Shown here piece by piece: positions 16,029-23,712 of a stretch of DNA of 38,786 bases. This DNA comes from a virus. The translations under genes and the position numbers were made by a program. The notes beneath the pieces are model-generated. The model did no database searches. It worked only from the letters and a program-made list of their open reading frames with translations, and had not been told where the DNA came from. Position 1 is the first letter of the stretch. Each line of letters starts with the position of its first letter. The stretch lies in IMG/VR virus record IMGVR_UViG_3300045988_157946; one strand, given 5' to 3'.

Positions 16029-16886
16029 CTACTTTCCTCTTGATTTTTTCTTAGCAATTGTTTCCATTTTATTATTATGACGTCTTGTTTCGGAAAGCTG
16101 TTGGTCTGCCTGGGTTGCTTGCTGATTAAGCGTATTTGTTTTATTAATTTCATTAGCATTGTAATCATTAGCCCAATTAACCTGGCTCTGTGCGTTATTA
16201 ACTCTTGTCTGCGCTGCATTCCTGTTATCGCTCCACAAGCCGTATTGATTGTTGTAATCATCTTTATATGCGGTATTAAATACGTTATATGCATTATTTG
16301 CCGCATTAAGTTTGTTATAATAACTGCTTTCTTCTGCCGCCTTTTGGTTGTTTACAAGATTATATCTGTCTTGTATTTGGTTGTATTCGTTTTGCCAATT
16401 AGTAAGAGCATTTGCTCTAAGTTCAATTGCCTTATCGCTCAGTCCACTCATTGTATTGTTGTATGCCTGCTGCGCTGATTGCTGAGCATAACTGTTGTTA
16501 TATCCGCCTGTATTTGCAGAAGCTGCTGCAAGCTGATTTTTCATTGCGCCGGCACCTGCAGCTAAATACTGTTGCTTATATATTTGGAAAAGTTGGTCTT
16601 TTTCCTGGTCGTAACTAAAATCGCCGTAATTCATTATTTGGTCGAACAAATCATCAACCGTGGTTTGAAGCTTTTGCTGTGAAGCGTCAAAGTTTGCTTT
16701 TCCCTGTCCGCTGTAAAGGTCATTCCAATCATTAAAAGCGTTTTCGGACCTTTCTTTATATCCAGCGGCGTCGTTATAATTAAAATCGCCTATCGCCGTA
16801 AGCGCATTTTGTGCCGCAGTCAGCTCGTTGTTATATCCTGACGTATCAATCGTTTTAGCCTTATATTTTGGTGTTTTCTTTGACAT
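16029..16886 (-). CDS. Q/N/A/Y-rich virion internal protein candidate (paralog of 14824..16020)
   Basis: GGTGAGGA RBS. Motif GDFSYDQEKDQLFQIYKQQYLAAGAGAMKNQLAAASANTGGYNNSYAQQSAQQAY. Confidence 0.6.
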   Translation of the reverse strand: MSKKTPKYKAKTIDTSGYNNELTAAQNALTAIGDFNYNDAAGYKERSENAFNDWNDLYSGQGKANFDASQQKLQTTVDDLFDQIMNYGDFSYDQEKDQLFQIYKQQYLAAGAGAMKNQLAAASANTGGYNNSYAQQSAQQAYNNTMSGLSDKAIELRANALTNWQNEYNQIQDRYNLVNNQKAAEESSYYNKLNAANNAYNVFNTAYKDDYNNQYGLWSDNRNAAQTRVNNAQSQVNWANDYNANEINKTNTLNQQATQADQQLSETRRHNNKMETIAKKKSRGK

Positions 16887-16900
16887 ATATCCTCACCGTC

Positions 16901-17113
16901 CTATATTTCATATTCCTTTGTCGTTTGGTCGCTGTATTTAACTGTAATTAAATGCGTTGTTGCAACTATATCAACTACATATTTTGCCTCGTTTGCATTA
17001 CCTCTGTTGCTGTCTATATACCTCTGCAGTTTATTAACAAGCTGCTCAATATAATTCACAACGTATGGCAAATTGCCTGTTGCGCTCATTTTACTTATAA
17101 TCGGTAATTTCAT
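16901..17113 (-). CDS. Small structural-module protein (start re-assigned to Met9, ATGA overlap with the upstream stop)
   Basis: The ATG at 17113..17111 overlaps the TGA at 17112..17110 of the 1104-aa gene, which is typical of translational coupling. Confidence 0.55.
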   Translation of the reverse strand: MKLPIISKMSATGNLPYVVNYIEQLVNKLQRYIDSNRGNANEAKYVVDIVATTHLITVKYSDQTTKEYEI

Positions 17114-20100
17114 AATTCGCCACCTATCTCTAAACATTTTGTAAGAGAGTAAATTTTACATTTGCCCTCGCCCTCAATTTTGAATTTCAAATGGTCGCAC
17201 CTGCGTGGTCTGATAGGAAATACAAAAGAATTAATTCCACGTCCTATTATTTCTTTTCCGCAGCTTTCCCATTTGCCTGAGCTGTTATATTGAATATAAA
17301 ATCTTGCCTTTGCACCCTGTGCCAAATACATTCTCAATTGAAAACGTGAAACATATTTTTGATTTGGATATGAATATCCGTAAACGCCTGTCTCGACGCT
17401 CCAATTGATTTTATCTTCAAGCACATCATAATCATTATCGGCGTCAACAATCTTCACCTGTTTGTCTGTAACGTAATAAAGCGTGTTGCCGTCATTTATA
17501 AAGCGTGATATTTTTTCTTCTGTTTCCTTAGTCCACATACCCTTTTTAGTGTCGTAACAGAAAAGCTCATATTCATTTGTTTTGACGTTTTGCATTGACA
17601 CGTAATATTTGTTGCCCCAAGCGCCTGCCACAGCGTTCTTGTATTTATCCCTGCCGAGTGCCGAGGAAATAACGGTTGTACTTCCGTCATAAGCAATAAT
17701 GCCGTAAACGCTCTTGTAATATAAAATATTATCAATAATCGCAAAGCTTCTCTCGCTGCCTTCTTCAACACCTTTAAAATTGTTTACTTCCGTATACGAA
17801 AACTCACTCGGTGCCGAACCGTACACAATATAAAGTGTATCTTCTTTGAATATAAGAATATTACCGAGATAATTTACAATTCCTGTAAATTTGCCGTCAC
17901 TTCCGACATTAGCCGCCCAACTGTCGCTGTTAAGCCCTGAAAAGTCATAATAATTAGTATAATCGCCGAGAGCCGAGGCATATATCTCGTGGCCGTCTTT
18001 TTGACACAGCCATACTCTGTTACCGCATAAACAGCCAAACGGCATAACATCAGGAAATTTCTTTTCAATGGTAATATCAAATTTCTTATCGTTATTAGTA
18101 AATCCTGTCAGCCATTCGTTTTCATTTTCTTCGTAATTAATAAGCGGTGCAGAAAAATCAATGAAATTATTACCAACCTTGTTTATTCTGTAGTTATTAG
18201 TTTTCAATTTCCTTGTTGTACTGTCATATTCAAAAAGGCCTTTTTTGAATTTAGTTAAGTCAAGTTGACAATCGTCACTAAACTTAATACTGAACTCGAC
18301 ATTATCGCCCTTACTGAATTTATCGAAGCGAGCCGCCTCATTATAATAAAAGCTTACATAACTTGATATATCGGTCCATAATGTACTGTTGTCATTAAGC
18401 TTGACTTTCTTTTGAAGCGTTCCGCTTACTATTCGATAATTGGAATTTGAATTAATGCTGTAAATATTTGCATTAAAAGTGTTTTCGTCACCGTCGCATG
18501 TGCATAAAACAGAGGATATTTTATTTTCTTTATTGACAGAAAACGTATCCTTGTATGCAATCTTGCTTACCTTGCCGCTGTCGGTATCTATAATCACTCC
18601 GTCCGGGACCACAAGTATCTTAGTACCGCACTTAATTAATGCTTTTTTCTCGCCGTAATTTGCGCTCTTAAGCGTTTTAATATTCTTAATGTTCTGAGTA
18701 TCTGCTATCGTAGAACCGCTCATTTTAACATTGGTAACAGACGGTGCTTTTTGTTGCTTGCATACCAAATCCAGATTAATTACAGAAGTGTTGAAATTAT
18801 AAACATTTTTATTTTTCATAATTTCAATGTTTTCTTTTTTTGAAAACAACTCGCCCTCTATATCAACCCAACTGTTTTCCTCACTGAGTACGCTTTTTAT
18901 GTTTGATGAAAATTCGCAAATAAGGTTATATTTAAATTGCCAGCCCCTTTTCGGCACATCATATCCGTTTGCGTCCTTTTCAATGTCTGATAAATCAACC
19001 ACATAGCTAAATTGCAACGGTGTTGTATTAGCAATAAGCTTATAATGCGGAACGGCGACATTTTCGGGCATTTTATGTTTCCACAAATTGCCTTCTTTAT
19101 AAAAAATTATTGCAAATACTATTTCAATGTCATATTTACTCTCCACATACTGTTTATTTAAAACGTAACAGCCGAATTTTCTTTCATCGGCATTATGGAT
19201 AGCACCATTTTTATCAGAATAGTAAAAAACCTGAAAGCCTTTTTTCTTTGCGAAGTCGCCTTGATATGCTTCGTAATATTCATTGACTGCCTCTTTAACA
19301 TAAGGATAAAGTTTCGTTATATTGTCGCAATAGAGCATGCCGGTTGCTTTTTCCCATTTGTTTAATAACATTTCAGAAAAATTAGCGATTTGGTCTTCGG
19401 AAAGATAATAGTCTTGATAGTCGTCAAATTGCATATAAAGCTTAGATTTGCTTACTCTGTTTTTCATATTCAAGTATTTATAATCATCATCCGTAAAAGC
19501 GTGTATCGGATTGTCAACTACCTTTTTAAGCCCGGTCACATAAAAATAATGCTGCGTTTCTACGCTTGCTTCATCATTGTATATGTCAATAATAGTCTGT
19601 GCGGCGCTCTCCCAATCTTTGAATATACCTAAATACTGAGCCTTGCCGCAACATAAAGCCTTTATATTATCTACGTTATCGCCTAAATTAAAAGCGGCGG
19701 CGTTTTGACTTACATACCACTTTTCGCCGTGTTTATCTGTATATTCTTTTATGTACGTGCAATCCTTAAACGTTTCGTTCCAATTAATCTGTTCATTGAA
19801 AAAGGCGTCGTTATAATATATTTTTATTGCACTTTCCTTTTTAGCTACGAGCATAGGAAACGTCCACGGTGCTCCGTCGTCAGTAGTGGTAATGATTGCA
19901 CCGAGGCAAATATCATTTGAGGAAATGCTGTCTTTCGTTCGGTATTCAAACCAACGTCCGTTTATATTGCATATCGGCTCTCCTCTGCCATAGAAACACC
20001 ACTTATCCTGAAACTCCTTAAGCAAATTGTTTTGATATGTAATAGTACCTTCAATATCGCTTTTGGCAAATGAATATACTGCGTTTTGTGTATCCTTTAA

Positions 20101-20424
20101 AATCTGCCCTTCAGCAGTAACTGTACTGCCCTGCTGCATTGCACAGTTTTGTAATAGAGAAACCTTGCCATTAACAATAGCGGCGTCAAAAGCGCCTCTG
20201 CGTGTTTGAATAGTTAAATCATTATTTGATATCGTGTTTTCATAATCACTCGTCACAATACCACGCTTATTTCTTACGCTTGCAACCGGGTAATCATCAA
20301 GCGTCATATTTTCCATATCATACCAAGCACCGTTTTGCGCTCGCTCGTTATGGTCCAAGCCCTTAAATTCTTCAATATTTTCTTTCGTGACGTTATACGC
20401 ATTAAGTGACTGCGGTAATTTCAT
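17110..20424 (-). CDS. Large tail protein (nozzle/hub-like; C-terminal region resembles a beta-propeller)
   Basis: 1104 aa. The C-terminal third has repeated strand-rich blades (GNRVWLC..GHEIYASALGD, GKFTGIVNYLGNILIFKEDTLYIVYG, GIIAYDGS, NKYYVSMQ, ELFCYDTKKGMWTKE). Its position is equivalent to T7 gp12. Confidence 0.55.
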   Translation of the reverse strand: MKLPQSLNAYNVTKENIEEFKGLDHNERAQNGAWYDMENMTLDDYPVASVRNKRGIVTSDYENTISNNDLTIQTRRGAFDAAIVNGKVSLLQNCAMQQGSTVTAEGQILKDTQNAVYSFAKSDIEGTITYQNNLLKEFQDKWCFYGRGEPICNINGRWFEYRTKDSISSNDICLGAIITTTDDGAPWTFPMLVAKKESAIKIYYNDAFFNEQINWNETFKDCTYIKEYTDKHGEKWYVSQNAAAFNLGDNVDNIKALCCGKAQYLGIFKDWESAAQTIIDIYNDEASVETQHYFYVTGLKKVVDNPIHAFTDDDYKYLNMKNRVSKSKLYMQFDDYQDYYLSEDQIANFSEMLLNKWEKATGMLYCDNITKLYPYVKEAVNEYYEAYQGDFAKKKGFQVFYYSDKNGAIHNADERKFGCYVLNKQYVESKYDIEIVFAIIFYKEGNLWKHKMPENVAVPHYKLIANTTPLQFSYVVDLSDIEKDANGYDVPKRGWQFKYNLICEFSSNIKSVLSEENSWVDIEGELFSKKENIEIMKNKNVYNFNTSVINLDLVCKQQKAPSVTNVKMSGSTIADTQNIKNIKTLKSANYGEKKALIKCGTKILVVPDGVIIDTDSGKVSKIAYKDTFSVNKENKISSVLCTCDGDENTFNANIYSINSNSNYRIVSGTLQKKVKLNDNSTLWTDISSYVSFYYNEAARFDKFSKGDNVEFSIKFSDDCQLDLTKFKKGLFEYDSTTRKLKTNNYRINKVGNNFIDFSAPLINYEENENEWLTGFTNNDKKFDITIEKKFPDVMPFGCLCGNRVWLCQKDGHEIYASALGDYTNYYDFSGLNSDSWAANVGSDGKFTGIVNYLGNILIFKEDTLYIVYGSAPSEFSYTEVNNFKGVEEGSERSFAIIDNILYYKSVYGIIAYDGSTTVISSALGRDKYKNAVAGAWGNKYYVSMQNVKTNEYELFCYDTKKGMWTKETEEKISRFINDGNTLYYVTDKQVKIVDADNDYDVLEDKINWSVETGVYGYSYPNQKYVSRFQLRMYLAQGAKARFYIQYNSSGKWESCGKEIIGRGINSFVFPIRPRRCDHLKFKIEGEGKCKIYSLTKCLEIGGEL

Positions 20425-20436
20425 ATTTTCACCACC

Positions 20437-20814
20437 TTATAATCTGTAGCCGTGCACACCTATAGGTCTGTGCGCTCGGTTATATGCAGCATAGAAATTG
20501 TCATAATAGCTTTGAAACATTGTCATAGCGTTATTCATTCTGTCAATTTCGCCGTTAGCATAGTGAACACTCTTTTCAAGCCAAAATCTATATAACTCGC
20601 TGTATTCGAGCGGCACTATCATTTGTGTATTAATATCTGTATCGGCTGTGTAGCCGTTAAATGCAATTTTGTCAGCGTCCTTATGTGTTTTTATAATATC
20701 GTTATAAATCTGTGCCTCTATCTCGTTTAGCCACCTTATCTTTTCCTCGTCTGAATACTGATTAGGCACTTGATTGTCAAAATAGCTTAATACCTCGCAA
20801 ATTGTAGTTTTCAT
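20437..20814 (-). CDS. Head-tail adaptor/connector candidate
   Basis: 125 aa with a GAGGTGA RBS. It lies between the head genes and the large tail protein. Assignment is by position only. Confidence 0.4.
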   Translation of the reverse strand: MKTTICEVLSYFDNQVPNQYSDEEKIRWLNEIEAQIYNDIIKTHKDADKIAFNGYTADTDINTQMIVPLEYSELYRFWLEKSVHYANGEIDRMNNAMTMFQSYYDNFYAAYNRAHRPIGVHGYRL

Positions 20815-20835
20815 ATTTCTTTCACCTCAAATAGC

Positions 20836-20863
20836 AAAGGGCAAGGATTTCTCCCTGCCCTTT
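20836..20863 (-). terminator. Strong hairpin (attenuator/terminator) after the capsid gene block
   Basis: On the - strand AAGGGCAGGGA-GAAA-TCCTTGCCCTT forms an 11-bp stem with one G-U pair. The U-tract (TGCTATTT) is weak. Confidence 0.5.
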
Positions 20864-20880
20864 AAAATTACAACAAAGAG

Positions 20881-21291
20881 TTAAAGCGTTACCTCTTTAG
20901 TTCCTTCGTTAGTTCTTATATATGAATGCTCAACCTCTCTGAGATTAAGGCTCATTTTAAGTCGGTCGGCATATTTTTTCTTGATTTTGCAAACCTTACC
21001 ACGTGGAACGAATGTTGCCACGCCGTTTACTGCAACATATTCGCCCCTTGGGTCGTCATTAGGTCCGAGATACATAGGAATTTTAATGATTTCCATTTCC
21101 TCACCCTCAGGGTTATCCTGTATAAATTCAGGCTTTTCCTGCATAGCTTCGCTTTGAGCCTTAAGCTTTTCGGCAAGAATAGCGTCAAGCTCTTCCTGTG
21201 TATATGTTTTTGCAGTTGTTTCTTTAACAACTGCAGTTTCTTCAATCGCCGCATTTTCTGCGGCTGCTTTACTTTTCGCCATAATATTCAC
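20881..21291 (-). CDS. Hypothetical head-associated protein (decoration candidate)
   Basis: 136 aa, immediately downstream of the major capsid gene. The N-terminal half is acidic and Ala-rich. Confidence 0.45.
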   Translation of the reverse strand: MNIMAKSKAAAENAAIEETAVVKETTAKTYTQEELDAILAEKLKAQSEAMQEKPEFIQDNPEGEEMEIIKIPMYLGPNDDPRGEYVAVNGVATFVPRGKVCKIKKKYADRLKMSLNLREVEHSYIRTNEGTKEVTL

Positions 21292-21310
21292 GCTCCTTTA
21301 TTAGTTAGCT

Positions 21311-22354
21311 TTAGTTAGCTTCATCATCATTTGCAAACTCTGCCGAAACAGTCTCGATGCTGAGAAGTCGTGTAGGATAAAGCACAGCAGAAGCGGTAGA
21401 AAACTTAAAGCCTACCGAGCCTCTCTGTCCAAGTGGGTCTTCTGGGCCGCCTGAGCCGACCTGCTTAACAATCATCTTAAGACTTGCACCGTCAGGCTTA
21501 ACAACGCCCCAAGCGTCCTTACCGAAAACAAGAGTTGAATATACGCTGTAGCCTACCGGGCAATTATCGGTATACACCTTAGCATTATCGCTTTCAACGA
21601 AACGTACGCCGTGAAGCTCACCGATTTCGCCGTTAAAGATTTCTTTTGTTGCAGAATACTTATGTGCTTCCTTCCAACCGTCGCTATCCCTTAAATCGAA
21701 AGAAACAGACGGATGAATAATACCGATATATGAGCCGTTGATTTTAGGTGCTTTATTCTTCTTAAGAATTGCAACAGCTTTATTGATAACTCTCGGTGTG
21801 AGCTGACAAGTTTTATCGAGTTTATCACGTGAAGCAACTGCCGTGCCGTCGCTCTTACGTGGGAAAAGTACATTCTTAACAGCCTCAGTCATAACAGAGT
21901 TACGTGTAACAATATCCATTGTTTGTGCCGCAAGGTCGCCAAATAATTCTGTAGCGCCGCCGATTACATCATCAAGGTGTGTAAGACTAAGTACATCTGT
22001 TACATAAGCATAACGGCCATACTGATTAATTTCCGCTTCAATGCTTGTCTGTCCGAGCTTGTCACCTGTAGGTGTAATACCTTCCTGAAGCGGAACAGTT
22101 GAAACGGTAAATGTATTCCATTTACGCCACTCTACCTTCTTACCACTGTGCTTTGGCAATGGCTGCTGTTTTCCAAACTGTGCAAAATATGTTTGACTAC
22201 CCACATTTTGGAGTAAAGCTGTGTCATAAAAGATTTTCATACCCGGTGACAAATCGCTGTCGCTGGTTGTGTTAAGTACATCGTCGGCAAAAAGCTGTGC
22301 GCTGTATTTCTTTGCGCTGATACTTGCGCTTTTTAATGATTTAATAATATTCAT
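21311..22354 (-). CDS. Major capsid protein with a cleavable N-terminal propeptide
   Basis: 347 aa with an AAAGGGAG RBS, directly after the scaffold gene. N-terminus ..KKYSAQLF^ADD (22283..22297). The HK97-fold assignment rests on context and my recollection of similar capsid sequences. Confidence 0.75.
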   Translation of the reverse strand: MNIIKSLKSASISAKKYSAQLFADDVLNTTSDSDLSPGMKIFYDTALLQNVGSQTYFAQFGKQQPLPKHSGKKVEWRKWNTFTVSTVPLQEGITPTGDKLGQTSIEAEINQYGRYAYVTDVLSLTHLDDVIGGATELFGDLAAQTMDIVTRNSVMTEAVKNVLFPRKSDGTAVASRDKLDKTCQLTPRVINKAVAILKKNKAPKINGSYIGIIHPSVSFDLRDSDGWKEAHKYSATKEIFNGEIGELHGVRFVESDNAKVYTDNCPVGYSVYSTLVFGKDAWGVVKPDGASLKMIVKQVGSGGPEDPLGQRGSVGFKFSTASAVLYPTRLLSIETVSAEFANDDEAN

Positions 22355-22393
22355 AATGCTCCCTTTCTGCTGAAAGTAAGAGCGAATTACATA

Positions 22394-23272
22394 TTATTTT
22401 GACAAATATTTCATAAAATTATTTTCGTCAATTATTTCGCCCATACTTGCAGCGTTCATTAATTCTTTGATTTGCTTTTGATTTAACTTATCAAAAGACA
22501 TTCCGCTGTAATTAGTGGCCTGCTGCTGTGACGTTCCGTTTTCAATCGGACGGTTAGCATTAGCCCTCATTGTGTCGGCGATATCCTGTCGGCTTTGATT
22601 GTATGCGTAGCCCATAGCAGCGCCCTTAAGCTCTTCTCTGTGAACAAACTCATAAGCGTCCTTAACGCTCATACCTTTGTTAAGCCAATTACGAAATTCA
22701 TCATTACTGCTTTCCTGCTCAAAATCGAAATTTGGATAATATTCCTTAAGAGCTTCAGCTTCATTAACCCAAGCGTTATATTGATTCTGAAAAGCTGCTC
22801 TTTGAGCGTCCTGCTGCTGTCTGATTTCATCTTGCCTGATGATTCTCTCAGCCTGCATAAGCTCCTTAGCCTGCTCAACCGTAACGCCTCTCTCGGTTGC
22901 GATTTCTTCATAAATCGAATTGTCGTTGTCGATAGCCGATACAATTGAATCAATATCCGTCGAATCTTTAATTCCGTATTTAGCGGCGAATTTTTCAAGT
23001 GCCGGGGTAAGCTTGTTTCTGAAATCTATACCCTCTTGAATTTGCGCATTTGCTTTGCTCATACGCTTGTTAAGCGCCTTATCAAATTTAGCTTGATAAT
23101 CTTGCTTGTATCTGCCCTTGATTAAATCGTCAAAGCTTTCTTCCTTAGCGTCTTGTGTGCCTGTCGCACCGTCAACATTGGTATCAACCGTACCTTCAGC
23201 CGTTGTACCTACTCCGTCAGCTCCTGCAGTAGCCGCACCGTCGGCAAATAACTGAATATGATATTTCTGCAT
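22394..23272 (-). CDS. Scaffolding protein
   Basis: 292 aa, acidic, helical and Q-rich, between the protease and the capsid gene. The N-terminus MQKYHIQLF^ADG (23240..23254) carries the same motif as the capsid protein. Confidence 0.6.
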   Translation of the reverse strand: MQKYHIQLFADGAATAGADGVGTTAEGTVDTNVDGATGTQDAKEESFDDLIKGRYKQDYQAKFDKALNKRMSKANAQIQEGIDFRNKLTPALEKFAAKYGIKDSTDIDSIVSAIDNDNSIYEEIATERGVTVEQAKELMQAERIIRQDEIRQQQDAQRAAFQNQYNAWVNEAEALKEYYPNFDFEQESSNDEFRNWLNKGMSVKDAYEFVHREELKGAAMGYAYNQSRQDIADTMRANANRPIENGTSQQQATNYSGMSFDKLNQKQIKELMNAASMGEIIDENNFMKYLSK

Positions 23273-23285
23273 AATAATACTCCCT

Positions 23286-23328
23286 GCTGATTAAGTCAGC
23301 GAATCTGTAATCTGTGGGTTAAGCCCAC
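23286..23328 (-). promoter_or_regulatory. Two 15-nt stem-loops with identical CUUAA loops in the scaffold 5' UTR
   Basis: On the - strand GTGGG-CTTAA-CCCAC (23314..23328) and GCTGA-CTTAA-TCAGC (23286..23300) lie 13 nt apart. The second abuts the AGGGAG RBS. Confidence 0.5.
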
Positions 23329-23342
23329 GGCTCTTTATCCTC

Positions 23343-23377
23343 ATTATACCTAAGGGCGTTATTTCAATGTCACACCC
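23343..23377 (-). promoter_or_regulatory. Late-promoter candidate 2 (upstream of the scaffold gene): GGGTGTGACA-N19-TATAAT
   Basis: GGGTGTGACA is the reverse complement of 23368..23377 and directly follows the Prp stop codon. TATAAT is the reverse complement of 23343..23348. The spacer is exactly 19 nt. Confidence 0.55.
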
Positions 23378-23698
23378 TCAAAATAACTTTTTTACATTTT
23401 TTTCAAACTCTTCCGAAAGCCAGCCAACACCCTGCTTTACCGTTTCAAAATTGCTTGCAATTTCTTTATAATATCGCTTTTTCGGATAAGCACATATAAG
23501 CGCATATCCGTCCTCAACAATAATAAGTGCCGGTATTTTCAGTTTGTTTTCGTTTTCTTCAAGCGTTTTCGCAAGAGCAACAATAAGTGTAGAAACACCG
23601 GCGCAAGCTATGTCCTTGCCTTTTTCGGCATATCTGCAATGTCCCTCAGCCTTTAATTCAAAGCCGTTTCTTGTCTTACTGTATGTAATCTCAACCAT
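23378..23698 (-). CDS. prp: Prp-like cysteine protease (ribosomal-processing protease family); candidate prohead protease
   Basis: 106 aa. The His-Cys dyad context EGHCRYAEKGKDIACAGVSTL matches the GH...DIVCAAVS signature of Prp/DUF464 as I recall it. Confidence 0.7.
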   Translation of the reverse strand: MVEITYSKTRNGFELKAEGHCRYAEKGKDIACAGVSTLIVALAKTLEENENKLKIPALIIVEDGYALICAYPKKRYYKEIASNFETVKQGVGWLSEEFEKNVKKLF

Positions 23699-23712
23699 TA
23701 TTCTTTACTCTC

